Positions 31,567 through 43,581 are shown, numbered from the stretch's first letter. The stretch: DNA of 64,000 bases from an uncultured cyanobacterium (GCA_963706595.1 OY970166.1:4928001-4992000); one strand, 5' to 3'. Notes: generated by a model not told the origin, from the letters alone. Numbers and translations: made by a program.

Positions 31567-32049
31567 CTAATCGTCTTCATCTGGTGGACGTGTCAAAATA
31601 TCCAGCAGGATTCCGGCTCCAAAATCATTATTTTCGTCAATTTGTTTGACTCGAATACTGATTTCTTTCGCCTGCTCAATTTCCCCTAAATTTGCTAATA
31701 CCATTCCAGAAGCGGCATAAGCATTTAAGTACAATCTGATTTGGGGTTCCTCTTGCCGTTTAATTAATATAGGCTTGAGTTCTTCCCAATCATCAGGAAA
31801 GTTTTCTACTTCTTTAATTTTATCTAAAACTTTAATTGCAGTTTGTAGCGCTAGGGGATAATTATTCTTATAATAAAAAAATCTATATGCTGATACTAAA
31901 ATCTCGGTATTTCCCTCAGCCTTAGCCAAGGCTTGATGAATATACTTTTCGGATTCTGAGGTGTTTTCCCAAGTTTGTGCTGCCAAGATTAATAAATTTT
32001 TGACATCTTCTGGAACCTGAAACCATGAAAATTGATTTGGATCAAGCAT
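31567..32049 (-). CDS. Hypothetical helical protein downstream of coxC
   Basis: Start MLDPNQF at 32049; the upstream extension translates repeat DNA. Confidence 0.7.
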   Translation of the reverse strand: MLDPNQFSWFQVPEDVKNLLILAAQTWENTSESEKYIHQALAKAEGNTEILVSAYRFFYYKNNYPLALQTAIKVLDKIKEVENFPDDWEELKPILIKRQEEPQIRLYLNAYAASGMVLANLGEIEQAKEISIRVKQIDENNDFGAGILLDILTRPPDEDD

Positions 32050-32050
32050 A

Positions 32051-32092
32051 ATTCGTAATTCGTAATTCGTAATTCGTAATTCGTAATTCGTA
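32051..32092. repeat. Heptamer tandem repeat (ATTCGTA)x6
   Basis: Read directly. Confidence 0.9.
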
Positions 32093-32146
32093 ATTGAGGA
32101 CGGGGAGATGAAGGAGATTTTTACCCAGTCCCCAGTCCCCAGTACC

Positions 32147-32735
32147 TTAAAACAAGGTGAGAATGTACACCAATGTGAATAGCACAATCCAGATAATGTC
32201 TACAAAGTGCCAATACATTTCTGCCATTTCGATACCAGTATGTTTGGTAGCAGAATAATGACCGGGACGACGCGATCGCCACACTACACCTAAAATCAAT
32301 AACAGTCCCACAAATACGTGTAAACCGTGGAACGCAGTCATGATATAAAAGCAGTTGGAGAAAACGTTCGTAGTCAGGCCATAGCCTAGATTCATGTACT
32401 CATAAACCTGACCAACTAAGAAAATTGCCCCCATGAGTGCGGTAACAAGATACCAAAACCGCATTCCTATGACATTATTCTTTTTAATCGCCATATCACC
32501 TAAATGAATGACGAAACTACTGGATACCAGAATAACGGTGTTAATCGCGGGCAAAAATAATTCTACTCCTGTTCCTTCTGGAGGCCAAACTTCTGTAATG
32601 CCTCGGAAGAACAAATAAGTGGCAAAAAAGCCCCCGAACATCAATGATTCAGAACAGAGAAACGTCAACAGTCCCCAGATGCGTAAATCTGGATGATGTT
32701 CTTCGTGATGTTCCAGTCGTCGTAGCTACAGTCAT
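32147..32735 (-). CDS. coxC: Cytochrome c oxidase subunit III with an apparent one-base insertion at 32713/32714
   Basis: TAFHGLHV, EMYWHFVD; removing one base restores MTVATTTEHHEEHHPDLRIWGLLTFL; span 589 nt = 3n+1. Confidence 0.88.
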
Positions 32736-32831
32736 ATTGTTTACCCTCTAAGAATTTTGGATTTTAGATTGCCGATTTTAGATTGAAAATGAAAAAATTC
32801 GTTAATCCAAAATCCAAAATCTAAAATTGTT

Positions 32832-34499
32832 TTAAGCGCTAATTTCTGCTGTACCAGATGGTTCTGTTTCACTATGGCCGTAGTCATAAGGACCATGAGT
32901 CACCACAGGTAATACTTCCCAGTTTTCAATTATCGGTGGGGAACTGGTTGTCCACTCTAAACTCAAAGCTTGCCAAGGATTATCACCCGCTAATTCTCCT
33001 TTCCGCCAACTTTGAATAATGTTGATGGTGAAGGGAATTACTGATATTCCCAAAACAAATGCACCAACGGTACAAAGTAGATTCAAGTCAACAAATTGGG
33101 GGTCATACATAGCCACTCTGCGGGGCATACCTTGCAAACCTAACTTGTGCATGGGTAAGAAAGTTAAGTTTGTGCCAATGAAGGTGAGGACAAAGTGAAC
33201 CCGTCCCCAGGTTTCATTCAGCATCCGTCCGGTCATTTTGGGGAACCAGTGATAAATACCGGCATAAATGCCAAACACGGAACCACCAAATAGCACGTAG
33301 TGGAAATGTCCGACTACATAATAAGTATCGTGGACGTGAATATCAAAGGGGGCGGTTCCCATTGTTACGCCACTTAAGCCACCCATAACGAACATCGACA
33401 ATAAGCCAATGGCGAATAGCATGGCGCTGGTGAAGCGAATTTTACCACCCCAAAGGGTAGCAACCCAGGCGAAAATCTTTACGCCAGTTGGCACAGCAAC
33501 AATCAGGGTGGAGATGGTGAAGAACATCCGCATCCAACCGGGTGTCCCACTGGTAAACATGTGGTGTACCCAGACGAACAAACCGACGACGCAGATAGCT
33601 ACACTAGAGTAGGCGATCGCTTTATAACCAAAAATTGGCTTCCGGGCGTGAACTGGGACTACTTCCGACATAATGCCGAAAATGGGCAGAATCATTAAAT
33701 ATACTGCGGGGTGGGAATAGAACCAGAACAAATGTTGGTAAATTACAACGTTACCGCCTGCATCTGGTTTAAAGAAGGATGTGCCAAAGTTGAGGTCAAA
33801 TAACAACAGCACCAAACCCGCAGCTAATACAGGTGTAGAAAGTAAAGCCAGGACAGAAGTTGCTAAGATAGCCCAGCAAAATAAGGGTAATTGATCCCAT
33901 TTCATGCTAGGAACCTTCATCATCAGGATGGTGATCACAAAGTTCACCGAACCCAAAATTGAGGAAGTTCCGACTAAAACGATGGCTAGTATCCACAGGG
34001 TTTGAGCATTTGGTGCTGTCACCAAACTCAATGGTGGGTAAGCTGTCCAACCAGATTGGGAACCACCGAAGATGAAACTCGCTAAAACGAGTAATCCGGC
34101 GACTGGGTTCAACCAAAAGGCGATCGCATTCAGCTTCGGGAAGGCCATATCCCTAGCACCAAGCATCAAAGGGATGAGATAATTACCAAATCCCCCAATC
34201 GCACTGGGGACAATCCACAGGAAGATCATAATCGTCCCGTGGTTAGTCATGAAAGCGTTATACAGATTGGGGTCGAGGAAGTCTGACTCTGGCGTTGCTA
34301 ATTCCACACGCAAAGCCACCGCCATCAATCCACCGATGAGATAGAACACAAATGCTGTCACCAGGTATTGAATCCCAATTACCTTGTGGTCAACATTAAA
34401 TGTAAAATAGTCTTGCCATTTCCACGCCTGGGGATGATTTCCCCCAGTCAATTGATTTCCTTCGGGTGGCGTATTCCCTGGAAATTTTACTTGTGTCAT
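32832..34499 (-). CDS. coxA: Cytochrome c oxidase subunit I (heterocyst cox2-type by context)
   Basis: LFWFYSHPAVY, WVHHMF, GHFHYV. Confidence 0.95.
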   Translation of the reverse strand: MTQVKFPGNTPPEGNQLTGGNHPQAWKWQDYFTFNVDHKVIGIQYLVTAFVFYLIGGLMAVALRVELATPESDFLDPNLYNAFMTNHGTIMIFLWIVPSAIGGFGNYLIPLMLGARDMAFPKLNAIAFWLNPVAGLLVLASFIFGGSQSGWTAYPPLSLVTAPNAQTLWILAIVLVGTSSILGSVNFVITILMMKVPSMKWDQLPLFCWAILATSVLALLSTPVLAAGLVLLLFDLNFGTSFFKPDAGGNVVIYQHLFWFYSHPAVYLMILPIFGIMSEVVPVHARKPIFGYKAIAYSSVAICVVGLFVWVHHMFTSGTPGWMRMFFTISTLIVAVPTGVKIFAWVATLWGGKIRFTSAMLFAIGLLSMFVMGGLSGVTMGTAPFDIHVHDTYYVVGHFHYVLFGGSVFGIYAGIYHWFPKMTGRMLNETWGRVHFVLTFIGTNLTFLPMHKLGLQGMPRRVAMYDPQFVDLNLLCTVGAFVLGISVIPFTINIIQSWRKGELAGDNPWQALSLEWTTSSPPIIENWEVLPVVTHGPYDYGHSETEPSGTAEISA

Positions 34500-34514
34500 A
34501 AGCTATTTTGGATA

Positions 34515-34556
34515 ATTCGTAATGCGTAATTCGTAATTCGTAATTCGTAATTCGTA
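34515..34556. repeat. Heptamer tandem repeat (ATTCGTA)x6 with one variant unit
   Basis: Read directly. Confidence 0.9.
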
Positions 34557-34621
34557 ATTAAATATTGAGTACAATTTCTCAATGATTGTCATTACGAATT
34601 TTCAACTACGCATTATTTTGA

Positions 34622-35593
34622 CTACTTTTGAAGTTGAGCGAGAGTGGATGCACTCATACCCAAATCATGAACATGGGGAGCGAGAAATTCTGAAGTTGAT
34701 AACTCAGCCGGATTAACTGCAACAGCTTGGTTGAGGTCTTGCTTTGCTGCAATCTGGCTTTCGGCTAACCAGCTATCAAAATCTTCTGGTGTGTGAACAA
34801 TTACTTGCGATCGCATGGAACCGTGATAACCACCGCACAATTCTGCACAAACTACAGGATATGTACCTGGTTTAGTAGCGACAAATCGCAGTTGGGTAGC
34901 AATACCGGGAAGCGCGTCTTGTTTCAACCGGAATTGTGGAACCCAAAATGAGTGAATGACATCAATGGCGGAAAGATTCAACTGCACATCCGCACCAACC
35001 GGAACGTGTAACTCGCCAGTGGTAATCCCACTATTGGGATAGTTAAATATCCAGGCGTACTGCATTCCTTGGACATCCACAACCAAGTCAGCTTGTTTAC
35101 CCTGTGAGTTGGGAGAAGCACCAATACCAATGTTTGTGGTGCTTGCAGATGCTGAACTCCCATCAAGAGTAGCTGCAAGAGCCGTTCCACCTGCATGGGA
35201 AACATGAGCCGCCGCATGGGGATGACTTCCAGGCTCAAATCCGCCCATTTGGTTGTAAACATCTACACTGTAAATACCCAAAGCGACTACAATCACTGTG
35301 GGGATTGCTGTCCAAAAGATTTCTAAGGGAACGTTACCTTCTATGGGTAGACCATCGGTATCATCACCCCGACGGCGACGGAATTTCACCAAAAATATGA
35401 GAATGGTTCCCTCTACAATCAGAAACAGTGCGATCGCAATGGTAAACATGACATTGAAAAATCCGTCTACCAAAGGCGCTTGTTGAGATGCTTGTTCTGG
35501 TAGTAGATTGTGATTTTGTCCGAGCCAAATACTAATTGCTGTGACTACAACTCCAGCAACCAGAGTCCATAGTGAAACAGGAACTTTTTGCAT
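34622..35593 (-). CDS. coxB: Cytochrome c oxidase subunit II
   Basis: DVIHSFWVP, CAELCGGYHGSM CuA motif. Confidence 0.95.
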   Translation of the reverse strand: MQKVPVSLWTLVAGVVVTAISIWLGQNHNLLPEQASQQAPLVDGFFNVMFTIAIALFLIVEGTILIFLVKFRRRRGDDTDGLPIEGNVPLEIFWTAIPTVIVVALGIYSVDVYNQMGGFEPGSHPHAAAHVSHAGGTALAATLDGSSASASTTNIGIGASPNSQGKQADLVVDVQGMQYAWIFNYPNSGITTGELHVPVGADVQLNLSAIDVIHSFWVPQFRLKQDALPGIATQLRFVATKPGTYPVVCAELCGGYHGSMRSQVIVHTPEDFDSWLAESQIAAKQDLNQAVAVNPAELSTSEFLAPHVHDLGMSASTLAQLQK

Positions 35594-35959
35594 ATATGCT
35601 ACCTGCTCTTTAAGCGGTCATTAAAGGTGTGATTTTCTGGGATCAGGAGATTGTGATTGAGTATCTAAATACCCTCGCTCTTGTACAGACGCGATTCATC
35701 GCGTCTCTCCCCACTCCCAGTTCATCGCATCCTGCACTTTTGATGTATCACCCTAGCCAAACAAGATAATTCTTGACTTTTTAGCTTGTATTTTTATGAT
35801 TTTCATCATATTCGTGGCTACTGGTTTTTACATTTTCACAGGTCAGCGTTTTTTGTCTTCACTTATTAACTTTCTATCTCACTCTGACAAAATTTGGGGG
35901 AATTTTCCAGATAATTTCATATCCTTCCCCCCAAAGCTTAAGACTATATTTAAATTCCT

Positions 35960-35973
35960 GTAACACCAACTAC
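35960..35973. promoter_or_regulatory. Candidate NtcA box upstream of coxB
   Basis: GTA-ACACCAAC-TAC matches GTA-N8-TAC; spacing to a -10 box is not canonical. Confidence 0.45.
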
Positions 35974-36224
35974 TTCTAATCCAAAAAAATTAGGTACTCC
36001 AAGATGACACTATTAGCCTTAATATTGATCAGACTAGTTTAGCCGCAAGTATGAATTTGTGAATAACTAACAATTTACGATTTACAATTCTGTTTACTGT
36101 GAACTCTTTGCTAGTTACAGTAAATATATATAATTCCCCTCTAATTACCTTGCTTTGTGCCTTCGCTCTTTATTTTCAGAGTACCCGTTGTCACCAGAAC
36201 AACTTTAAGCAAATCCCCAAAGCC

Positions 36225-36518
36225 TTAATTTTCAACTACAGTATGGCTGTAGCAATTCTTAGGACATATCCGTGAACAAGCCTCACAACCAATACAATTT
36301 TCTGGATGAGCCACAACCATTACTTTGCGCTCAATTTCATCATCTTCTTCATCCTCAACAAATTCTCCCTCTTCGTTGAGAGCTTTCAATGATAATACAT
36401 TGTGACCACATATTTTAAAGCATCTGCCACAGCCGATACATTTTTCGTAGTCAATTTCCTGGGCAAATTTAGGTGTCCAGGGATTACCTCCAAATGTCAA
36501 TCCTGTTAGTTGTGCCAT
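36225..36518 (-). CDS. fdxB: nif-specific ferredoxin III
   Basis: [11 protein letters not shown] and [11 protein letters not shown] with an acidic insert; divergent from patB. Confidence 0.88.
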   Translation of the reverse strand: MAQLTGLTFGGNPWTPKFAQEIDYEKCIGCGRCFKICGHNVLSLKALNEEGEFVEDEEDDEIERKVMVVAHPENCIGCEACSRICPKNCYSHTVVEN

Positions 36519-37506
36519 GAATAAACGCCTACGAATTTGTTTGTACTTTAATCATCATCCTAACTCAATATTATTGTCTTGTTTTACTGTTAAACAATTA
36601 TTTCTTATCGAATTAAAATTTCATGACTTTTGCTAAATTCTTCGGTGAATTTAGCTATATCAGCTATTAGATGAAACTTATTATCAATAATTTCCAGAAT
36701 AAATTTAGCTGTAAACTATTTGTTTTATATAAATTACATCCTGTAAAATTCTAATGATCCTCTCTGGCTAACTGTTTTATGTTCCAACAACAATAAATCT
36801 GTGTGTGGACAAATATAAATCAATACCGATTATTTATGTTGTAAATTAAATTGGTGATAAAAATAATGACATTTTTTCTTTGATACAAATCAGAAATATC
36901 TCCCCAATAGTATTTTAAAATACAGTTTATATGTTCATTAATTACATTGAGGATTTATCAGTTTGTCATTATTAAAATAAAAATACCCAATTTTGACTTA
37001 ATTTAAGCGCCTTGATTTTTGAAATCTAAAAATTAGCTTGTTCCTTTCTTCATACATTCGTTAAAATGTATATTTAGCAACAGAAATTTCAACTATATTA
37101 AATATTAAAATTATTAATAAAGAAAATGAATTCTCCTAAGCAAATACATCTATGTTCTACAAAAACACTTTGGGTAATGCTTTAAGATTAAGAAAAACAA
37201 TTTATAATCAAACCATTAATTAAAGTCTTAAGAACAGTTTCCTAGCTCATTATGAACAAATCTCTCTAATTATTTATGAAATGTATAGTTAATAAAGACC
37301 TAATCTGATTTTGTCCTGAAAAGCCATAACTATCTTCCGATTGGATGTGTAATTAAAATATGGATGTGGGGAATTATTACAGCAAGCAGAGATTATTTTT
37401 GCTGAAAATATAAATTGGTGGCCAGTGATAAATAGCCAAGAAATATCCAGGGGAGACTTAAGCCGAACATCTCAACAATTAGAGTGGGAAGAAGCCCGAT
37501 AGCCGT

Positions 37507-39138
37507 ATGCCTTATACAATTCCTAACAACAATTGCGTTGGATGTGACAACTGCCGCCCCCAATGTCCTACAGGTGCAATCAAAATAGAAAATGATGAAT
37601 ACTGGATCGATCCTGGTCTTTGTAATAACTGTGAAGGCTATTATCCTGAACCGCAATGTGTAATAGTTTGTCCAACTAATTCGCCCATCCCTTGGCAAGC
37701 CAAAAAAGGCAGATGCAAAGTTGAGCCGAGAGATGCAGCTAGCCCAGATTTATTTGCCAATGGTCAGAATAATCCATTTGCTTCGGCGATTGTGATTTGG
37801 GAAGCTTGCAATGTATTGGCACAACGTACATCCCTGAATTGGGAAATTAATCAAGAAGGTTATTTGTCTTATGGAAGGAAAGTTAAACAAGGACGGGGTG
37901 CGATCGCCTTTCATCTCGAAGATCCATTTCCAGTGAGCGATCGCCAAGAAGCACATCCCAAAAATCCCACAACTGAGTTAGCCGCAATTGCCGCACTTGA
38001 TATTAGAGCTGCTTGTGTTCATCTCATGTTTGCTGCTTATGCTACCTCCTTAGATCAACCCTGGCAAGAGGAGTTTGCCATTGATGAACGCCAAATTGAG
38101 AAATATTTAGGCTTAGAGAAGCGTAAGGATTTAACTAAAAATGCCAAGCTAGCTTTAATTAAAAATATCGTCCAGCAAGCTTGCTCATTGATGATTTCCA
38201 TTGACTGGCCTGAACAAGGTCGCATTTCCGGCTTTTCAGTCAAAGGGAGCCGTTTGTGGCAATTAATCAATATTCAGCATCACTTTCAAGAAGATGATTT
38301 GGGGTGCAAATATTTAGTTGGATTAACCTTTAAAGTAAAAGCCGGAATCTGGGCGCAATATTTCTTAAATAAACAAGCCTGTAAAGACAGAACTGCTTTT
38401 TACCAATATGGCAGTTTACCCAAAACGCTATTAACTACTGTTATGAGTATTTGGCAGCAGCATGAAGGCGCAGTACGACTGATGCTATGGTTGCTGTTTA
38501 AAACCAAAATGGGCAAAGAACAACGCATCACTGTTCCCACATTACTACGTATTGCTTACGGTGAAGAAAAAATTACCATTGCCTCTAGACAACGGGAAGA
38601 ACGTAAGCGTTTACTACGAACTTTTGAAAGTGATTTGGAAGTTCTCAATCATCATGGAATTAAACCCGTTTTTGACCCAGTAACTTACCCGTTAGAAATT
38701 CAACCTTTGTGGGCGAAGTTAATGGGTATTCCCGAAGATCCAGAGGAAGCTTTAGAATTTTGGATTAATGACGGTGGTGGTAACACCCGCCTCACAGATT
38801 CAGGTCCCCGTGGTAAGTGGAATTTGTTGATGAATGCGCGAATTTTATCTTTTGAACTACCGCCAGAATGGGAACAACGCACTTCAGAATCGCAAAAAAA
38901 GCCCCGGCGAACTGTGAAGAGTAGAAGAAAGACTAAAGTCACCAGCGATTTACCCGGCGCACAGATTTTGGAGGCGCGAAAAAATTTGCAGCTATCCCAG
39001 AGGGAGTTGGCAAAGTTAACAGGTAAAAGCCAAAGCTGGATTCGCGACGTGGAAAATGGTCGTTTGAAAGTTAAAGTAGAAGACCAAGCACTGTTACGGA
39101 AAGTGCTAAATATTGATTCAGGGACTTCCAAGGAATAA
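37507..39138 (+). CDS. patB: PatB/CnfR transcriptional activator of nif genes
   Basis: N-terminal 2x[4Fe-4S] (CVGCDNCRPQCP), C-terminal HTH (LSQRELAKLTGKSQSWIRDVENG). Confidence 0.92.
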   Translation: MPYTIPNNNCVGCDNCRPQCPTGAIKIENDEYWIDPGLCNNCEGYYPEPQCVIVCPTNSPIPWQAKKGRCKVEPRDAASPDLFANGQNNPFASAIVIWEACNVLAQRTSLNWEINQEGYLSYGRKVKQGRGAIAFHLEDPFPVSDRQEAHPKNPTTELAAIAALDIRAACVHLMFAAYATSLDQPWQEEFAIDERQIEKYLGLEKRKDLTKNAKLALIKNIVQQACSLMISIDWPEQGRISGFSVKGSRLWQLINIQHHFQEDDLGCKYLVGLTFKVKAGIWAQYFLNKQACKDRTAFYQYGSLPKTLLTTVMSIWQQHEGAVRLMLWLLFKTKMGKEQRITVPTLLRIAYGEEKITIASRQREERKRLLRTFESDLEVLNHHGIKPVFDPVTYPLEIQPLWAKLMGIPEDPEEALEFWINDGGGNTRLTDSGPRGKWNLLMNARILSFELPPEWEQRTSESQKKPRRTVKSRRKTKVTSDLPGAQILEARKNLQLSQRELAKLTGKSQSWIRDVENGRLKVKVEDQALLRKVLNIDSGTSKE

Positions 39139-39350
39139 AATCCCCAATTTGTAGGGTGGGTTAGGACGATAGTCCGTAACCCACCACTATCTACCGTGTA
39201 CACACACACAAGTGTTATCTGTAAGGGTTTCAAGTCTTCTAGACCCTTTAAATTGTCATTACGAGTGCAGCGATCGCGATACGTTTTTCCTAAGCCAAAA
39301 TCCCATAAATATTGGATAATTTATTTCTTGGAAGTCCCTTAACCGATAAA

Positions 39351-39983
39351 TTAACCTGTTGTGTGTCCTATAATTTGAGGCGCATCCACCTGTAAAGTCA
39401 TTTGCTCAAAACCCACAGTTGCAAAAGGCTGATTTAAACCTATCCCAGCAACAGGACTGTCAGCAGCAACTTCTAACTGGGAACCTACCAAACCCAAACG
39501 AGCATCAAATTCAAAGTCAAATCTGAGCAAATTACTACCCAACGTACTGAAACTAGCAGCGTCTAACCCTTGTCGCCATCCTAGACTTTGCTGATCATAG
39601 TTGAGAGTACATAGCAAGACATTGCCTTGACGGACAGTAACACGTTTTTCTTCCCAGCTAAAATCAGCGAGTTCCTTGGGTAGTCCCCAAATTTCCCGAC
39701 CACCAGCCACAGAATCCGCATTATCTACATAAATGTGAGATACCCAAACACCGATTTTACCTTGATAAATCACCACCGCCGGGGCGACAATTAACTCGTT
39801 GTACTCCAGCACCGACCCTGATTTATACTGAGATAAATAGACACCACCAACAGTTTTACCAGGCCATACAGAAATAATATTTAAATCTGACGGGACAAGC
39901 AGCCTTACTCGGTCAATATTCACCAAATGCAGAGTTTGAATGGCATTACCTTTAAGAATCCAAGGGGCTGAAGGGTACGACAT
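39351..39983 (-). CDS. Acetoacetate decarboxylase family protein
   Basis: YNELIV, GGREIWGLPKELA; start MSYPSAPW. Confidence 0.8.
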   Translation of the reverse strand: MSYPSAPWILKGNAIQTLHLVNIDRVRLLVPSDLNIISVWPGKTVGGVYLSQYKSGSVLEYNELIVAPAVVIYQGKIGVWVSHIYVDNADSVAGGREIWGLPKELADFSWEEKRVTVRQGNVLLCTLNYDQQSLGWRQGLDAASFSTLGSNLLRFDFEFDARLGLVGSQLEVAADSPVAGIGLNQPFATVGFEQMTLQVDAPQIIGHTTG

Positions 39984-40247
39984 AAAAGAATTCAGGGTAA
40001 AAAAACAGATTTCAATTTTTCCCCTCCTCGCTGGCGCTACGATGTACACACAAATTCGCCTAGAGCGAATTTTCAGCCCTAAAAACAAAGTTTAAGCAGA
40101 AATCTAATTCCCCTCCTCGCTTGCGGGGAGGGGTTAGGGGAGGGGTTAGGGGAGGGGTTTCATTTTATCTTCTCACGCCTTAAAAAAAATCCCACCCAGG
40201 CATAAGCTTGGATGGGTAAAAATATTACATGGAGATAATATTAAAAA

Positions 40248-42152
40248 CTACTTGCTCTCAGTAAAATCTGCATCAATCACATCATCACCACCACCAGGAG
40301 GAGTAGGTCCACCATCTTGAGGTGCAGCACCAGGAGCCGCCGCATCACCACCAGCTTGCTGATAGATATTGCTACCAACCGCGAACAATGCTTGTTGTAA
40401 CTCTGGTGTCAGCTTCTTGATTTGCTCGTCGTCTTCTTTGGCGACAGCTTCACGGACATCTTTCACCAAACCTTCCACCTTCGTCTTGTCAGCTTCAGGC
40501 ACTTTATCACCTAATTCTTGCAGCTGCTTCTCGGCTTGGTACGCCAAAGAATCGGCTTGGTTCTTGCGTTCAATTCTTTCCCGACGTTCTTTGTCAGAAG
40601 AAGCATTTTTTTCAGCCTCTTGCACCATGCGGTCAACATCAGATTTATCCAAAGTCGAAGCGCCAGTAATGCTGATAGACTGTTCCTTACCAGTGCCTTT
40701 GTCCTTAGCGGTAACATTAAGGATACCGTTGGCATCAATATCAAAAGTAACTTCAATTTGTGGTACACCACGTGGTGCGGGAGGAATACCATCAAGTCTG
40801 AAGGTTCCTAAACTCTTGTTATCGTTTGAGAACTCCCGTTCACCTTGAAGCACGTGAATTTCCACATTGGTTTGTCCATCCACGGCGGTAGAGAAGACTT
40901 CCGATTTCTTTGTGGGGATAGTGGTATTCCGGGGGATAATCTTAGTCATCACACCGCCCAAGGTTTCTACACCCAAAGACAGTGGGGACACATCTAATAA
41001 TAAGATGCCTGTGACATCACCCGCTAACACACCTGCTTGAATAGCCGCACCAACTGCAACTACTTCATCAGGGTTAACACTTTGGTTGGGGTCTTTACCT
41101 AAGACCTGCTTCACAATCTGCTGCACAGCAGGAATACGGGTAGAACCACCAACTAGAACAACTTCATTAATATCGGCTCTGCTTAATTTAGCATCCCGAA
41201 TCGCGTTTTCCACAGGAATGCGGCAACGGTCGATTAAATCCGAGCAGAGTTCTTCAAACTTAGCACGGGTTAGAGTTGTATCCAGGTGCTTAGGACCATC
41301 CTGGGTAGCGGTGATAAATGGCAAGTTAATTTCCGCTTGGGAAACGCTAGAAAGCTCAATCTTGGCTTTTTCTGCGGCTTCAGTCAAACGTTGTAAAGCT
41401 TGTTTATCTTGACGTAGGTCAATTCCTTCTGCTTTTCTGAATTGTTCAGCCAAGAAATCAACTATTTTTTTATCGAAGTCGTCACCACCCAGGTGAGTAT
41501 CACCAGAAGTAGCTAGTACTTCAAAGACTCCATCACCTACTTCTAGGATGGATACGTCGAAAGTACCACCACCAAGGTCAAAGACCAAAATGGTTTCGTT
41601 GCTCTTCTTATCAAAACCATAAGCTAGAGAAGCGGCGGTAGGTTCGTTGATAATCCGCAGAACTTCAATGCCCGCTATTTTACCAGCGTCTTTTGTAGCT
41701 TGTCGCTGGGAGTCATTAAAGTATGCTGGAACAGTGATTACAGCTTGGGTTACAGTTTCACCCAGATATTTGCTGGCATCTTCAACAAGCTTGCGAAGAA
41801 CTTTTGCGGAAATTTCTTCGGGAGCAAACGGTTTACCAACGATTGGACAATCGAGTTTAACGTTGCCGTTGCTACTCAGAACTTTGTAAGAAACTTCCGT
41901 AGACTCGTTACCAACTTCGTCGTAACGTCGTCCCAGAAAGCGTTTGACAGAGTAAAATGTATTTTCAGGGTTCATCACACCCTGGCGTTTGGCGATTTGA
42001 CCAACTAAGTTATCGCCATTTTTGGCAAATGCCACTACTGATGGTGTTGTCCGAAAACCTTCGGCGTTAGCAATAACGGTGGGTTTACCACCTTCCATAA
42101 CTGCTACGCAAGAGTTCGTCGTACCTAAGTCAATTCCAACAACTTTTGCCAT
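40248..42152 (-). CDS. dnaK: Chaperone DnaK
   Basis: [23 protein letters not shown]-terminal DDVIDADF. Confidence 0.97.
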   Translation of the reverse strand: MAKVVGIDLGTTNSCVAVMEGGKPTVIANAEGFRTTPSVVAFAKNGDNLVGQIAKRQGVMNPENTFYSVKRFLGRRYDEVGNESTEVSYKVLSSNGNVKLDCPIVGKPFAPEEISAKVLRKLVEDASKYLGETVTQAVITVPAYFNDSQRQATKDAGKIAGIEVLRIINEPTAASLAYGFDKKSNETILVFDLGGGTFDVSILEVGDGVFEVLATSGDTHLGGDDFDKKIVDFLAEQFRKAEGIDLRQDKQALQRLTEAAEKAKIELSSVSQAEINLPFITATQDGPKHLDTTLTRAKFEELCSDLIDRCRIPVENAIRDAKLSRADINEVVLVGGSTRIPAVQQIVKQVLGKDPNQSVNPDEVVAVGAAIQAGVLAGDVTGILLLDVSPLSLGVETLGGVMTKIIPRNTTIPTKKSEVFSTAVDGQTNVEIHVLQGEREFSNDNKSLGTFRLDGIPPAPRGVPQIEVTFDIDANGILNVTAKDKGTGKEQSISITGASTLDKSDVDRMVQEAEKNASSDKERRERIERKNQADSLAYQAEKQLQELGDKVPEADKTKVEGLVKDVREAVAKEDDEQIKKLTPELQQALFAVGSNIYQQAGGDAAAPGAAPQDGGPTPPGGGDDVIDADFTESK

Positions 42153-42694
42153 TTTAATTATTGGCTCCGTATAACTACAAATGAATGAATGGGAATATAA
42201 GGGACTAAATCTTGAAACAATTGGTTTCAAAAGACAGTCGGTTCAGCATTAACAACCTTTAATTCGGCTTTCCTGGGGTTAAAACCTCAAGTTATCCTGA
42301 TATATATACTGAGAAGTTCAGTTATAGCCAGTCCATGAAGGAGGGTTTCCCGAACCTTGGACGGGACGGTTAATTTTAAAGGATGTATTTAGTTGGTTCA
42401 TTGAGAAATTTACTTTCACTCTGTCTAATGTATGAGAATTAATACTTTCAGCAATTAGGGTGAACCGTAATCTCAAAGTGGTGTTTGCCGTCTTTAGGTG
42501 TAATAAACACGATATTTACTCAGGAGTAATAGTCAAAAAAAGGCAGTATATAGCCAATAACACGGTTAAATCACAGTTATTCTCTACAAAATAAATTTAT
42601 TTAGTACATAAATACTACTATGATGAATGAGTAGATAATGCTCACCCATCAGAGGTAAAATCGCAAGAACGCAAATTTCAGCACTACATCAAGA

Positions 42695-43522
42695 GTGAAA
42701 ACCGACAGTATTTTTTATCGCCTTTTTCAAGAGTTGCCCAGTATTTTTTTTGAATTAATTGGTAATTCACCCCAGCTTGCTGAAACTTACACATTCGCTT
42801 CCATAGAAATTAAGCAAACGGCATTTCGTATAGATGGCGTTTTTCTGCCGACACAAGGCGACCAGAACCCCATCTACTTTGTTGAGGTTCAGTTTCAAAA
42901 TGATACAGAAATTTATTCGCGCCTGTTTTCCGAAATATATTTATATTTGCGGCAAAATCAACCTAAAAACTCATGGCGAGGAGTAGTAATTTATCCCACG
43001 CGCAGCCTTGATACTTCAGATATCAATAATTACAGCGAATTTTTCACCAGCCAGCGTGTTACCCGCATTTATCTGGATGAATTAGGTGAAACAGTATCAT
43101 TGCCGATTGGGATTGCTACTATTAAATTAATAGTCGAAAATAAAGATACAGCAATTGTCACCGCCAGGAAATTAATAGACAGAAGCCAGCAAGAGATTAA
43201 CGCTGAACCAAAACGGCAGCAGTTACTACAATTAATAGAGACAATCTTGGTTTACAAGTTTCCCACAATGAGTCGAAAGGAGATAGAAGAAATGTTTGGG
43301 TTGAGCGATTTGAAACAAACACGAGTTTATCAAGAAGCTAAACAAGAAGGCTTGCAAGAAGGCTTGCAAGAAGGCATACAGGAAGGCATACAGGAAGGTA
43401 GTTTAAAAGCGAAATTAGCAGCAGTATCTCGATTATTGGCATTGGGTTTGACGGTTGAACAAATTGCCCAGGCGTTAGATTTGAATGTTGAACAAGTTAG
43501 GCAAGCTGCACAAGGGGATTAA
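42695..43522 (+). CDS. Rpn family (DUF2887-like) nuclease/putative transposase
   Basis: MKTDSIFYRLF, FRIDGVF, FVEVQFQ, C-terminal QEG repeats. Confidence 0.85.
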   Translation: MKTDSIFYRLFQELPSIFFELIGNSPQLAETYTFASIEIKQTAFRIDGVFLPTQGDQNPIYFVEVQFQNDTEIYSRLFSEIYLYLRQNQPKNSWRGVVIYPTRSLDTSDINNYSEFFTSQRVTRIYLDELGETVSLPIGIATIKLIVENKDTAIVTARKLIDRSQQEINAEPKRQQLLQLIETILVYKFPTMSRKEIEEMFGLSDLKQTRVYQEAKQEGLQEGLQEGIQEGIQEGSLKAKLAAVSRLLALGLTVEQIAQALDLNVEQVRQAAQGD

Positions 43523-43581
43523 AGGCACTTAAATAATCCTAAATACCATCATCATCTTTAATTTTCACAAGTTTAAATTCT

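Noticed and set aside
40369..42008. Antisense and alternative-frame ORFs over dnaK, and likewise over hupS, hyp, cox and psaAB
   Set aside because: Shadow ORFs of conserved genes without independent motifs
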